In this document: positions 1 through 10,818 of the stretch, one piece after another
Layout of the letters: every line of letters begins with the position of its first letter
Numbering within the stretch: the first letter of the stretch is position 1
Source: a virus
Lineage: Duplodnaviria > Caudoviricetes
IMG/VR virus record: IMGVR_UViG_3300020577_014021
DNA: 64,000 nt
Strand: one strand, 5' to 3'
The notes under the pieces: generated by a model
Seen by the model: only the letters and a program-made list of their open reading frames with translations
Databases searched by the model: none
Told to the model about the DNA's origin: nothing
Position numbers and translations under genes: made by a program

Positions 1-491
1 ATACGAATAATGCCAGCTGTTTTTAAAACTGATTCAGTATTACGATCATCAACAACTTTCTGAAGCTTTCTTCTTTGATCAACATTTTCATTAATATCGC
101 CCATTAAGGAACGAGTATTTGCAGCATGTTGATCTCTTTTTTGGATTAAAATTTCTTTTTGTTTAGCGTCTGTAGTTTTAGCAATAGCCGCAGCTAAAGC
201 TTCTTGTTCCGAAACAGCATCTTTTAAAAGCTTTGTCTGTTCTTTTAAGGAATTGTTTAGACTTTTTAACTGATCATTAGCTTCTCTTTTTGACAACTTA
301 TCAAAAAATCTACTAGCGTCCTTATCCAAATTCTTTAAAATATTTGTGGTTTTTTTAAATTCATCATTCATCTTCCCAAAAGAAGTTTTTTCTACTTTGG
401 AAAGAGACTTAGAAATTTCATTTAAAGATTTTTGCGCCTGACTTGTATCGAAATTTATTAGGCCTTTAATTGTAATATTTTTATCTGCCAT
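1..491 (-). CDS. probable tape measure protein, N-terminus (runs off window)
   Basis: ATG at 491 after a GGAC-type RBS; open to the window edge; helical/coiled-coil MADKNITIKGLINFDTSQAQKSLNEISK...; lies right after two chaperone-sized ORFs downstream of sheath/tube. Confidence 0.65.
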   Translation of the reverse strand, partial: MADKNITIKGLINFDTSQAQKSLNEISKSLSKVEKTSFGKMNDEFKKTTNILKNLDKDASRFFDKLSKREANDQLKSLNNSLKEQTKLLKDAVSEQEALAAAIAKTTDAKQKEILIQKRDQHAANTRSLMGDINENVDQRRKLQKVVDDRNTESVLKTAGIIR

Positions 492-500
492 TATTTGTCC

Positions 501-905
501 TTAAAATTTCAATTCAATATCAGGTGGAGATGGTTGTTTTGGTTTTTTATTTTGTTCGTCTAATCTTTTTTGTTCTTTCTGAAGTTCCTCATATTCTAAT
601 TGATTGAACCATTCCTCATCTTCTTTTTCCATATCGTGATTGACATTATTTAAGAGATTATGTTTAGCTTTTTTGATTTGCTCATCTGATAAAGAAAAAT
701 AATGATGCTCACGCAAATGTAATAATATATATGCTATATTTAATTTTTCTACTTCTGTAATTGGTATATGAAATGTAATTGAAAATTGTCTATATAAATA
801 TCTCAGATGAGTAGAAAAATCTGGATCGATTCTATTTTTTAAAGCAATTAAATCTGTTTGAGTATATAGCTCTGATATACTTTTAACAAATTCAGAACCC
901 AACAT
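501..905 (-). CDS. putative tail assembly chaperone (second)
   Basis: 134-aa ORF immediately before the putative tape measure; synteny only. Confidence 0.45.
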   Translation of the reverse strand: MLGSEFVKSISELYTQTDLIALKNRIDPDFSTHLRYLYRQFSITFHIPITEVEKLNIAYILLHLREHHYFSLSDEQIKKAKHNLLNNVNHDMEKEDEEWFNQLEYEELQKEQKRLDEQNKKPKQPSPPDIELKF

Positions 906-906
906 A

Positions 907-1302
907 TTAAACTTTTTCTAAATTATTTTTTGCCTTATCGGCTTCAGAAGCAATATTATCACGCCATTTTTTTGCTTCTTCTTGAATTCGTTGATTTAAC
1001 AACAAAGGAATATTAAAATCATAACAATTTTTTAAATTATCACTTTCAGTAAACCAATTAGGAGAACTAACGACATGTGCTTTTAATTGTGCCAAAAGCA
1101 GAGCTGCTCCATATGACTCAGAATCAATTGTCTCATTTTCTTTTGGATGATTTAACAGTTCTCTTTGTTCATTATTTAATGAAATATATTCCATTAAATT
1201 AAGAGCAGGTTTAATTTGAAAAACACCTTGATAAACAGTGCCAGTCAATTCACCTTTGGCTTCAAATGTAAATTTGATTTTTTCGAAAGGATTAATATTC
1301 AT
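907..1302 (-). CDS. putative tail assembly chaperone
   Basis: 131-aa ORF between tube and tape measure; synteny only. Confidence 0.5.
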   Translation of the reverse strand: MNINPFEKIKFTFEAKGELTGTVYQGVFQIKPALNLMEYISLNNEQRELLNHPKENETIDSESYGAALLLAQLKAHVVSSPNWFTESDNLKNCYDFNIPLLLNQRIQEEAKKWRDNIASEADKAKNNLEKV

Positions 1303-1343
1303 ACTTCATAGTATAAGTACAAATATTATAAATGAGAGGAAAA

Positions 1344-2213
1344 TTAAACACCAAGATTTGGTCTAAATACGAAATTAAAAGCTAAATCAATACCACTAAT
1401 ATCAACGCCACCTGTTTCAGGAATTTGGAATTTAAATCCAAAGGTATCACCAGCATAAACCGGCATACCAGGCGAAGCGCGCGACAATCTAAATCCACCT
1501 TCATCTGCACTGATTGCAGCAACAGCAGATACTGCAACAGGATTGGTACGTCCTTGTTTAATTGCTGTAATCACAGTACTACCAGTGACTGCTGTAACCA
1601 AGTATACGCCAACATTAACCAAGTTTGCAGCACGGAAATTTGTTGACGTTTCTCTAATATAAATCAAATCACCAACATTTGGCAAATTAGCAAATGTCGT
1701 TGTAGCTGTCATGGTAATTGTTTTTGTACTAACAGCAATAGCATAAGTATTAGTGGCAGTTACCAATGGAACATCTTCACTTAAAGCTATTGGAGCAAAA
1801 GAATTATTTTCCATGCCGGTAATTAAACTAACAGGTGTACCAACATATCCATTATGTGTGCTGTAAAACACATAAGGAAAAACCAAATAATTTTGAATTG
1901 CGGTAGTTCCAGCAGTCCAAAGATCAAAACTATCATAACAATATACATTGCCTGAAATCACATAACCATCACATGGCGCTTGAAAAATAGGTAACTCACG
2001 AACTACTAAACCGCCAGCATCAGGAGCAGGCATATTCCCAGTCCATGTAAAATATTTATCACGCAAAGCATTTACCATTCCATCGCCAGAGATCATGTCA
2101 CCTAATTTGATATCATCAGCATATTTTCCAGTAAGTTGCGCATAAGATTTTAACGCTGGTTGAGAATCAGCATAAGCATTTAAAGTTTGTTTTTGAAGTA
2201 AAGTCATTGCCAT
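1344..2213 (-). CDS. virion structural/decoration protein
   Basis: Thr/Ala/Val-rich beta composition; PNVGDLIYI..NVGVYLVTAV repeat shared with the sheath insertion. Confidence 0.5.
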   Translation of the reverse strand: MAMTLLQKQTLNAYADSQPALKSYAQLTGKYADDIKLGDMISGDGMVNALRDKYFTWTGNMPAPDAGGLVVRELPIFQAPCDGYVISGNVYCYDSFDLWTAGTTAIQNYLVFPYVFYSTHNGYVGTPVSLITGMENNSFAPIALSEDVPLVTATNTYAIAVSTKTITMTATTTFANLPNVGDLIYIRETSTNFRAANLVNVGVYLVTAVTGSTVITAIKQGRTNPVAVSAVAAISADEGGFRLSRASPGMPVYAGDTFGFKFQIPETGGVDISGIDLAFNFVFRPNLGV

Positions 2214-2251
2214 ATGAAAAAGCTCCTATTAAGTGTATTAGTACCAATAGA

Positions 2252-2686
2252 TTAAGTTTGTGCTTTAGTTTCTTCTTTTTTCTTAAAATTCATATAATCA
2301 ACAATTTTTTGCCAATAATCTAATCCTGTTATGTAATACAAATTTTCTAGATTAGATTTTAGCTCTGTCACAGCAATCAACCCAGCAATTAATCTTACAA
2401 CAGGCACACCAAGCTGAAATACTGTTTCAACCGTATAACTTAACACAACAGCAATTTCGTAAGCTAAAATTTTATTGATTGTTTTCCTGAGTCCAACTGA
2501 TGTGACTTTTTCTTGTTTCTTAATAACTACCCATAAAGCTGTTATAAGATCTGTAACCGCCAAAAACATAATAGCAGTCATCACAGCACGTACAGGGCTA
2601 ATAAAAACAATAAGCCAACCAAACAATTGACTCATGGCAAGAAAAAAATCTTCATATTTGATTGTATGAAACAAATTCTTAACCAT
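2252..2686 (-). CDS. phage holin
   Basis: Several TM segments; D(L)ITA..TSVGLRKTINK..ELKSNLENL pattern typical of phage lysis holins; GGAG RBS supports a start at 2686 rather than 2767. Confidence 0.7.
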   Translation of the reverse strand: MVKNLFHTIKYEDFFLAMSQLFGWLIVFISPVRAVMTAIMFLAVTDLITALWVVIKKQEKVTSVGLRKTINKILAYEIAVVLSYTVETVFQLGVPVVRLIAGLIAVTELKSNLENLYYITGLDYWQKIVDYMNFKKKEETKAQT

Positions 2687-2705
2687 GATATTATTCTCCA
2701 CGTAA

Positions 2706-3452
2706 TTATGTTGCAGTAGCGTTGATTGTTCCACCGGTAGGGGCTCCCACAAGATAAAAAACACCAATCACTGCAGCACTATCCATTTTCAAACCATTTG
2801 TTGCAAAATCCAATACAAAAGAAGAATAAGAAGGCAGTTCCCATTTCTGTACCCCCTTATAAGTAATACCAACATTTGCATCTAAATTATTTATTACTTG
2901 TAGTATTGATCTATCAGCATTAAGCGTTAAAATGGTATTTGCTGTACCTGCTGAGGTTCCAGTCACAGCACCAAAAGCCAAAGAAGCAAACTGTGGATCA
3001 ATTGATACTAAACTTGTAACTGGCGTAGGAACAATAGTAATATTATTGGAAAAATTTCCTTGAGGGTCAACATTCATAACCCTAAAAGCTGCTACTGGTG
3101 CTGTTTCATAAGCACCTAAGGCAACATTGACTTTTTCTGGAAAATCCCTTGTTACCATTATTGTTTTAATAGCAGCTGCATTTGCTGTGGTATAAGCAGA
3201 ACAATTTTGCGTTACATATCCACTTTGATTAGTGATAGGCCATGGGCCAACAGAAAACTGTGTAGTAGACAATACTTCTAAAACTTGTAAAAACAATTTT
3301 GGAGTTGTCGTATTATCACTTAAAGTAAGTGGCTGCCCAACATGTAAACCATTAGTGCTAGCAACAGTCAAAACACCATTTGACCCACCATTAGCAGTTA
3401 AGGTTTTTGCAACTTCAGGATAAATCATTGTATCTCTAATCAAAGAACCCAT
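2706..3452 (-). CDS. virion structural protein
   Basis: Beta-rich Thr/Ala/Val protein inside the tail operon. Confidence 0.45.
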   Translation of the reverse strand: MGSLIRDTMIYPEVAKTLTANGGSNGVLTVASTNGLHVGQPLTLSDNTTTPKLFLQVLEVLSTTQFSVGPWPITNQSGYVTQNCSAYTTANAAAIKTIMVTRDFPEKVNVALGAYETAPVAAFRVMNVDPQGNFSNNITIVPTPVTSLVSIDPQFASLAFGAVTGTSAGTANTILTLNADRSILQVINNLDANVGITYKGVQKWELPSYSSFVLDFATNGLKMDSAAVIGVFYLVGAPTGGTINATAT

Positions 3453-3491
3453 ATGTAGTGCCTAATTCCTTTTGTTAATAGTTATTGAAGA

Positions 3492-3980
3492 TTACTGAAA
3501 TTTAGCTGGATCGCCTGGATCATCAAACAAAACACCCTCTTCAATAGCCTCATCCTGCATAATTATACCCAAGAACGTCGCAGTATAACTATTCGTAGCT
3601 TTGGCACTCATGTCACTAGATAAGCCAGTATTACGACAACGAGTAACACGCATGACAACTTTTTTGGTCTCACGATCTTCAACGTGAATATCGAATTCTA
3701 CGTTTTTAAATAATTCACCAGGAGGTGTAGCAATAGATTTACCGTTTTCTTTATGATATGGGCCTTTGCCAATTACCTTAAAACCAGTAAGTGTTAAAGA
3801 CACGGCTTCATAAGAAGTCAGCACAATTTCTTGTGCTTCAAAACGACCCAATGTATGAATAGCCTCAGCACCATGACTAACAGTAAAACTGATATTTGAT
3901 GCCACTCCAACTAATCTATTGGCCACGTACACTTTAGCACGTGCACCTTGCATTGTTTCTGCAATACCATTAACAGCCAT
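3492..3980 (-). CDS. tail tube protein
   Basis: 162 aa directly downstream of the sheath; GARAKVY..VG..I..LGRFEAQEI pattern typical of tube proteins. Confidence 0.8.
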   Translation of the reverse strand: MAVNGIAETMQGARAKVYVANRLVGVASNISFTVSHGAEAIHTLGRFEAQEIVLTSYEAVSLTLTGFKVIGKGPYHKENGKSIATPPGELFKNVEFDIHVEDRETKKVVMRVTRCRNTGLSSDMSAKATNSYTATFLGIIMQDEAIEEGVLFDDPGDPAKFQ

Positions 3981-4005
3981 GTGATTTATCCTCTTCTAAA
4001 AAAAA

Positions 4006-6873
4006 TTAAGCAGTTTGAGTCACTTGTGAAACGTTCAAGGTAATCGGCACGAAGTTAATTGCATTGGTAATGTACACATTGACATTAACCTTCATCACAG
4101 GTCCAACAATCTGGATGGACGCTGAATCAAACCCGGCCGGTGCACCGTCACTTTGTGTAATCAGTTTATTCTGTAAATACTGATCCATCTTTGCTTTTAG
4201 GAAAACCAAAGCATTTGCCGCAGACAAATCAGAAATAGCCTGACCAACCGCAAAGTTATCAAATGACCGCAAAAGATCCAAAGCCATAAAATCAGCAGTG
4301 TACATAACTTGTAGACTGTTGAAGACAAAGTTATTGTCTTTACCGTAGGTAGTTTGATCACTGACCCAACGGAAACCACCAGTGGGTGGGTTTTCTAAAA
4401 CCAACAGACCAGACAACAAAGCATCTTCAAGCTGCCCATTGTTTCTTGGATTGAAATCATTAAATGGAGTCACTACACCTGAAACGTTGGCATATTTATG
4501 CTCAATTGATTTATACAAACCAATTGATTGCATGGAAGCCGCAATGACAGCGCCATACCAAGGTTGAAATTGTACAATGTTTCCGCTAATACTCACAGCT
4601 TTGATGTCTTGGAAAGTCAAAGCCACCCTAGCTGAAGCTAAATTCTGCGCTTGAGTTTTAACATTAGTAAACGTATTTCGATAAGAAACAACAGCCAATC
4701 TATTCTTTCTCATCTTGATTTGAGACATTGCTAAAACATGACTCTTTGTATATGCATTGATTGCATCAATGGTATACGTAGAAGTCGGATCCGTTAAACC
4801 AGCAGCAATATCCAAAGTGGCATCACGACTAAACAAAGGAACCACAAAATTACAATCAATGTCAGCTAATTTATCAATAGCTGCAATAACAGATGCTCCA
4901 GTGGTACCACCCTTAGCGCCACCACTGAAAAACACAGGTAAAATAGTCGATTCTGGCAAACCAGCTACTGCAGTACTAGCAAACAAAACATTGGGAGATA
5001 AAGCTAATTTAGACTTAAAGTCATATAAATCTTTTTTAAGTTTCAAAGGAAATGCTGTACCAGCAGTCGAAGTAGCAAAATTAAATGTGCCTTGGTCTAA
5101 GATGGTGGGTGACAATTGACCCACTGCAGTCGTACCAACTGCAGCCATATAACCAGTTTGAGAATTAATGTAACCAACCAAATCAGACAATGTTGGATAA
5201 CTTGAGAAATTCAAAGTTAAATTAGCACCAGAACCACCAGTGACAGTAGTCGTTAAAGAAGTTCCAGTTACAACTACCGAAGCTGTTGTGCCAATATAAG
5301 ATAACTTAAGAGCAATCACACCACCAATAGCTGTGTAAGATTCTTGCAAATTATCATTAGAACGACTAATTAAGAAATTGGTTTGATAATCTACACCTTC
5401 TACAATATAGGGTATACCTGCTGTTGAAATCCAAGTAGCTGCAGTAGTAGTAGCCAAGTTATAAAAAACTTGATTAATATTTCTGCCGCCACCACCATCA
5501 GTTACTTCAAAGCCAAGTCTAATACCATCAATCCATGGTCTAAAAACCTGAGCATCATTATTTGGCGTAGCACTGAAGGTTGTAGCCGCAACGTTTGCGG
5601 GTGTACCATTTGAAACACGTGCAGCAACAAAATAAGCGCTACTCGTTACATTATTAACTGTGGTAATCGTATAATACCCAACGTTGGCATTACCACCACC
5701 AGCAACTGCAGATCCAAGAGGAATATAAAAAGTATCACCAACTCTAGGTCCATTAGCGCCCTGAGCAAAAGCCGTAGCGCCAGTCAAATTCAACTGTAAA
5801 TTAGAACCTGAGGCTGTAATCGAAACGCCAGCACTTGCAAGTGCAGCAAAAGAACTACGATTTGTTCCGGACTTATCAGTTACAGTCACAGGACTGTAAA
5901 CTTGCATATCGTTAGTAACCGTAGCACTAAATGCAGTAGCAGCCACACTAACAGGTGCAGTAACCGTAGCATTTACATGATCAGCAACCTTAGTTGCTGT
6001 AATAAATGCAGAAGAAGTTGTATTCGAAACTGCTGTAACGACATACGTACCTAAGTTTGCATTACCTGCACCAGCAAAAGCTGAATTAGCACTAGCACCA
6101 TACAAAGTATTAGCAGGCAAAATTAACAAATCACCAGGAATAGGTGTTGCAGCAAATACAGAACCAGCAGCTAAAGTAAATGTAACTGAGCTACCAGAAG
6201 CAACAGTCGTTAAATTAATTGTTGCCAAACCAGTAAAAGCACTTCTGTTAATACCACCAGTGGCCAATAAAGAACCATTAGTTAAAGTAGTCACTAAAGT
6301 TGTGGGTGACATATTCGCAGTAACAGTCAATGTCGTAACTGCGCTACCACGTAAACGATAATTAAACAAAGCAGAAGTTGCAGCACTAGGAACAGGAATA
6401 TAAGTAAAACTACCAGTTGTTGGAGCAACTGCAGCAGTATAGACTGTATCTTCCCATTTTAAATTACTGCCATTGGCACCAGCCTTGATAGCTGTTAAAG
6501 TTCCATAGTTAAGACCAATGGTGGGAATAATACTTGTTGCAGCAGTACTAGGATTAGTTTTATATAAATAAATTCTAGTTACGCTACCAGGCAAATTAGG
6601 ATCATTGGCAGGTGCCACTGCAGCCTTAAATGCATCAACTAAAGGCCCAGAAGTATATTTGCTAATTACATCACCCATTTGTGCAGGAGTAAAGTAATTC
6701 AGTGTCAAATCTTCTGTGGTATCACTGGTAGCCAAACCTTCATCTGCTTCACCAATCAAAGCCAAAAATCCAGCTACACCAATACCAGAAGCAGGAGTTT
6801 GTACATTGATTCTGGTATATGCACCAGGTATAATTAATGTACCAAAATCTGTGGATGAGTAAGTTAATGCCAT
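4006..6873 (-). CDS. tail sheath protein with large inserted domains
   Basis: N-terminal PGAYTRI..ALIGEA; FSGGAKGGTT; C-terminal sheath domain ending INFVPITLNV; 955 aa. Confidence 0.9.
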   Translation of the reverse strand: MALTYSSTDFGTLIIPGAYTRINVQTPASGIGVAGFLALIGEADEGLATSDTTEDLTLNYFTPAQMGDVISKYTSGPLVDAFKAAVAPANDPNLPGSVTRIYLYKTNPSTAATSIIPTIGLNYGTLTAIKAGANGSNLKWEDTVYTAAVAPTTGSFTYIPVPSAATSALFNYRLRGSAVTTLTVTANMSPTTLVTTLTNGSLLATGGINRSAFTGLATINLTTVASGSSVTFTLAAGSVFAATPIPGDLLILPANTLYGASANSAFAGAGNANLGTYVVTAVSNTTSSAFITATKVADHVNATVTAPVSVAATAFSATVTNDMQVYSPVTVTDKSGTNRSSFAALASAGVSITASGSNLQLNLTGATAFAQGANGPRVGDTFYIPLGSAVAGGGNANVGYYTITTVNNVTSSAYFVAARVSNGTPANVAATTFSATPNNDAQVFRPWIDGIRLGFEVTDGGGGRNINQVFYNLATTTAATWISTAGIPYIVEGVDYQTNFLISRSNDNLQESYTAIGGVIALKLSYIGTTASVVVTGTSLTTTVTGGSGANLTLNFSSYPTLSDLVGYINSQTGYMAAVGTTAVGQLSPTILDQGTFNFATSTAGTAFPLKLKKDLYDFKSKLALSPNVLFASTAVAGLPESTILPVFFSGGAKGGTTGASVIAAIDKLADIDCNFVVPLFSRDATLDIAAGLTDPTSTYTIDAINAYTKSHVLAMSQIKMRKNRLAVVSYRNTFTNVKTQAQNLASARVALTFQDIKAVSISGNIVQFQPWYGAVIAASMQSIGLYKSIEHKYANVSGVVTPFNDFNPRNNGQLEDALLSGLLVLENPPTGGFRWVSDQTTYGKDNNFVFNSLQVMYTADFMALDLLRSFDNFAVGQAISDLSAANALVFLKAKMDQYLQNKLITQSDGAPAGFDSASIQIVGPVMKVNVNVYITNAINFVPITLNVSQVTQTA

Positions 6874-6907
6874 TTATTTAATCCTATAAATAATAAAAAG
6901 ATTAAGT

Positions 6908-7141
6908 TTAAATCCCAAAATGTTTACAACACATTTCCCATTTTGTTGCGTCTTCGAACATCTTCATAGATTTAGCATGCAACACAACAGGTTCTTTCCA
7001 TTTCAAATCAATGTTGTTACGCTTGGCATAATCCATAAAAAATTCATCAAAATTTTTGAAAAAATAAGTAGGTACAACATTTTCTACATTTTGATTAATT
7101 GGTTCTTCTGTCATAATGTCATCTTTTTTCTTAGCAACCAT
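6908..7141 (-). CDS. hypothetical protein
   Basis: 77-aa ORF co-oriented with the operon. Confidence 0.5.
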   Translation of the reverse strand: MVAKKKDDIMTEEPINQNVENVVPTYFFKNFDEFFMDYAKRNNIDLKWKEPVVLHAKSMKMFEDATKWEMCCKHFGI

Positions 7142-7168
7142 TTGTGCTTCCTTTATGTATAAATAAGA

Positions 7169-8107
7169 TTAAGTTTTAATTATTGTGGCATAAATTGTCT
7201 TTGTAGGATCATTTACTTGAACTAAATTTATACCAGATGTAATACCTTCAAAAGATTGAGAAAATTCTTGTACCCATCTACTTTGAACAAGAGCTTCCAA
7301 ATTAATACTTTTCAAATAAATAATGTTTCCACCATGAGCATCATCAATTTCCTGAGAAACTCCAGAAGAAGTAATTGTTGTGATTCCAAAGCTGTTTTGT
7401 TCTAACAACATTCTATTTTTCAATAAAACATATAAAGCAATCGTGTGAAGCCAACTAATTGCTGCTGTTTCACCATTTACACGACATTCAATATTAAAAT
7501 TCTCATTAAAATGAGCAATGCGACGAATAACTTTTAATTTATTGAAATGAGGTCTTACATAAGTCTCAGTAAAATCATCGTGTAGATTAGCTTCAATTCT
7601 AAATTGGCTTTCTGATAAAATTTCAGTAATAGGGTATGATGTATTAGATTTTTTACTTACCAAACTTTGTCCTTTAAAAATTAAAGGATACTCAATAAAA
7701 GTATTTGGTAAAGTAACAATACCCGTAGTTAAATCATAAGATACATTGATTGGCCCAACAATATATCTTGGTTCTGTAATAATATTTCTTTCTTCAATAT
7801 ATTCTTCATCTGGCATATCATAATCACCTAATGCCGCCAGAGGTTTACTTTCTGCTGAAGAAGGATGCGTAATTAATATAGATGGATAGCGTGCTTGGTC
7901 AAAAGACCATTCAAAACCAATTTCAATATAGTTCTGTAAAAACCATGTTTTGGCACGTTCAATTTCTTTTTGGCCATATGCTTTTTCTACTAAGGGCAAA
8001 TTGGCATATTCAAAAAGAAAATCTAAATAAAAGGGATATTTCCTCAATTCAGAAATACCTTCTTTTAGAACATTTAAAATTAAAATATCACTTTGAGGTA
8101 TTGACAC
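7169..8107 (-). CDS. putative tail completion/terminator protein
   Basis: YPSILIT motif; position just upstream of the sheath. Confidence 0.55.
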   Translation of the reverse strand: MSIPQSDILILNVLKEGISELRKYPFYLDFLFEYANLPLVEKAYGQKEIERAKTWFLQNYIEIGFEWSFDQARYPSILITHPSSAESKPLAALGDYDMPDEEYIEERNIITEPRYIVGPINVSYDLTTGIVTLPNTFIEYPLIFKGQSLVSKKSNTSYPITEILSESQFRIEANLHDDFTETYVRPHFNKLKVIRRIAHFNENFNIECRVNGETAAISWLHTIALYVLLKNRMLLEQNSFGITTITSSGVSQEIDDAHGGNIIYLKSINLEALVQSRWVQEFSQSFEGITSGINLVQVNDPTKTIYATIIKT

Positions 8108-8878
8108 TTATACAAGGTTAATTTTCCCTAATTGTTCTGTAACAATTCTTAGATAATTTTCTAATATCCATTGATAAACTTGATCAAAAATCTTGGCACC
8201 TTTTAATTCTGGTACATTCCAACCAGTAGACTGTTTATTTAAAGTCCTAAAAGTCATAATGGTTTTTTGTACTTTGGTGCTTTTTGCAGTTTTTATTTCA
8301 TTTTGATATATAGTTAAATTATTTAAAATACTTTGACCAGTAGCTTTGCTTTTAAATTGGGAAGGCACATTAGTTATAATAGCTGCTGGTGTAATCTTTT
8401 TCACTGTACTGATAACAGGCACACCTTTGGAATTCGTTATAGGTTTAGCCAAACTTATTTTTTCTTGCTTTAAAATTGATTTGATTTCTTTATATATATT
8501 ATATTGCTTATTACTCATTAAGCTTGGAATATTTTTATTATGTTGAAATGGAATAACAACATGATCTTTATTTTTTAGATGAGTCTTTTTCATATTATGA
8601 GCTGCTACGCCTTCTTCAACCCATAATGCTTTTTCTCTTAAAACAATTATATAAGTAGGATTTTTTATATCATTTGATTTTTCTAAAGCTAAATTTTCTA
8701 AATACAAATTTCGAGTAGACCGCAATTTTTCTTGCGCTAAGCGTATAGCTTCACCATAAGCTTGTGTGGCAACTAAATCTAATGCTTGTTTAAAAATATC
8801 ACCAGCATTAGAAATTTTTGCAACTTGTTGTTTAAATTGATCGAAATTTATTTCTAGATTAAAATTATTACCAGCCAT
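8108..8878 (-). CDS. putative neck/tail completion protein
   Basis: LRST..YL..L..WVEEG..VIPFQH..TFRT pattern; synteny. Confidence 0.5.
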   Translation of the reverse strand: MAGNNFNLEINFDQFKQQVAKISNAGDIFKQALDLVATQAYGEAIRLAQEKLRSTRNLYLENLALEKSNDIKNPTYIIVLREKALWVEEGVAAHNMKKTHLKNKDHVVIPFQHNKNIPSLMSNKQYNIYKEIKSILKQEKISLAKPITNSKGVPVISTVKKITPAAIITNVPSQFKSKATGQSILNNLTIYQNEIKTAKSTKVQKTIMTFRTLNKQSTGWNVPELKGAKIFDQVYQWILENYLRIVTEQLGKINLV

Positions 8879-8887
8879 ATACAGCTA

Positions 8888-9247
8888 TTATGGTATATTT
8901 ATATCATCTTTGTTTTCAACAGGTGCAATAATATTAGCAGAATCTGCTGCAATTGCATTATCCATCGCTACTTTTTGATCAGTTTGTAAAATATTATGCT
9001 GTAACAAAGTAGAAGCCAAAGTCATAACAACATTAACAATATCAATAATAGCTTCATAAGCTTTTGGATTGGTTGCCTGCATCATTTCAAATAAAGGCAA
9101 ATAATTTTTAAAATTTCCAACAGCATTTTCAACACTTGAAATCAAATCTTGAAATAAAGCAGGATCCAATTGTTGAGTTTTTTCTTCATTCTGTGCACCT
9201 AATTGAGGTTCAATTGGTTCTTTGTATTCGGTATTTACACTATCCAT
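8888..9247 (-). CDS. hypothetical protein
   Basis: ORF in the structural operon. Confidence 0.5.
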   Translation of the reverse strand: MDSVNTEYKEPIEPQLGAQNEEKTQQLDPALFQDLISSVENAVGNFKNYLPLFEMMQATNPKAYEAIIDIVNVVMTLASTLLQHNILQTDQKVAMDNAIAADSANIIAPVENKDDINIP

Positions 9248-9950
9248 GTGATTCCTCTGTTTGCTTCTGAAAAGCTTTTAGCAACAAAGCAATATTATCT
9301 TTATCCCAACGAGAACCAAATACTACTTTCAAGGTATCATTTTTGTCTTGATAAATATGTAAACTGTTTTTACCTAAAAATTTATAACATATACATAATT
9401 TTTTATGTTCAGGTGTTAACTTAATAATTTCTTGGCAATCAGGACATGCTACTGTATGATGATTTTTTTGTAATTTGATTTCTGAAACATCATGTTTAAA
9501 AAAATGATTATCTACAAGCAAGTTAACAATTCTTTGTAAAGATTTATTAATAGCTTTATCATATTGAATATGATTTTCATCAAATAGATTATGAGCAGCT
9601 AAACACAATGCAATAACACGTGGTAAATCTTGTTCTTGGAATTCTAAAATTTGTTCTGATTTTTCAAGTAAAATACCACTGAATTTATTGTTTACATTTC
9701 TATTGACAGTTAATGTTAATTCAGTAGTAGGAATCTTAAGTGAAATATTATTGCCATTAGGCAATAAATTCAAACTCTTTGATAACCAAAAAGAAACTCC
9801 GCGTGGAATGATTTGTAACTGTTTTAAATAATCATTGATACAATCAGTATTCATATCAGGTAATGCAACTATAGCTTTGCTTAAAGCAACAAAGCCTTTT
9901 GCTCCTACCAATTCACGAATTTTTTGATTATAATTTGCAGTATCTGACAT
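9240..9950 (-). CDS. hypothetical protein with Zn-ribbon
   Basis: CPDC...CIC motif. Confidence 0.5.
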   Translation of the reverse strand: MSDTANYNQKIRELVGAKGFVALSKAIVALPDMNTDCINDYLKQLQIIPRGVSFWLSKSLNLLPNGNNISLKIPTTELTLTVNRNVNNKFSGILLEKSEQILEFQEQDLPRVIALCLAAHNLFDENHIQYDKAINKSLQRIVNLLVDNHFFKHDVSEIKLQKNHHTVACPDCQEIIKLTPEHKKLCICYKFLGKNSLHIYQDKNDTLKVVFGSRWDKDNIALLLKAFQKQTEESHG

Positions 9951-9990
9951 TACAATAGCTCCATTGGATATACTAAGTATAAGTTTTAAT

Positions 9991-10818
9991 TTATTTTATT
10001 GATAAATTCATGCCAGAGCTGGGAGCCAATGCCTCTCTTGGCTCATCATTTTCTTCATTTCGCAACTGATTTAAGTAATAAATTTCTCTTTGTAGCATCA
10101 GCAATTGAGGATATCGAATTTGTTTTTTAGTTCCATCAGCAGGGTCATAAGTATTCACTAAACGAATTTCATGCAAAACAACACCTATATACCAAGATGG
10201 TCTATATAAATAACGAGCAGCATATACACCGCCAGTACCCAGTTCTTGAAAAAATTGTGGTCTGTGTTGGCTGATCCAATGAATATTGCCATTTACAATT
10301 TCAAAATCAGTTCCTTCTACGTACTCTTCACCATTCATTCCTATTACGTATTCAATTTTTACAATAGGAAACATTGGCCTATCAGTGCCAGTGGGAGAAC
10401 AAATCATTTTTTCCCATTTTGGGACTACTATACTCTCATCCACTAAGTCTAAACGATCACTAATACCAAAAAATATTTGGCATTCATTGCCTTTATAAAA
10501 TCTTGGCACATGCAACATAGTAATCGCAGAATCAATAATGCCTTCTGCGCGATAATGTTTCTTAGCAGTATTATTATCAAATACACCTAAAAAACACTTA
10601 CCGCCCTTGTAAAAAAAACCATTGCTGCAATCATGATTTAAATGTGTTGAACGCGGGCTGCCCCGATCATTATCGCCGCCCGTACAAGGAACTGCCTTCC
10701 AATGCTTAAATTCAATCCCATGTGCTTCTACAAAATTATCAAAAGCATTAGCATCAAAAGATACTTGGTCTTGAGAAAAAATTAATGGATCTTCAACGTA
10801 TCCACCACGACTAGCCAT
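9991..10818 (-). CDS. putative head closure/neck protein
   Basis: G..W.KAVPC..CSNGFFY and Y..RP.W patterns resembling large-myovirus neck proteins; synteny. Confidence 0.55.
   Translation of the reverse strand: MASRGGYVEDPLIFSQDQVSFDANAFDNFVEAHGIEFKHWKAVPCTGGDNDRGSPRSTHLNHDCSNGFFYKGGKCFLGVFDNNTAKKHYRAEGIIDSAITMLHVPRFYKGNECQIFFGISDRLDLVDESIVVPKWEKMICSPTGTDRPMFPIVKIEYVIGMNGEEYVEGTDFEIVNGNIHWISQHRPQFFQELGTGGVYAARYLYRPSWYIGVVLHEIRLVNTYDPADGTKKQIRYPQLLMLQREIYYLNQLRNEENDEPREALAPSSGMNLSIK

Noticed and set aside
900-935. Programmed frameshift between the tail chaperone genes (A AAA AAT)
   Set aside because: The -1 frame hits TAA immediately; the downstream ORF is in the +1 frame and has its own ATG.
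3492-6873. Tailocin, eCIS or T6SS locus
   Set aside because: Neck, adaptor and probable capsid genes, tRNAs and early-gene arrays indicate a full phage.
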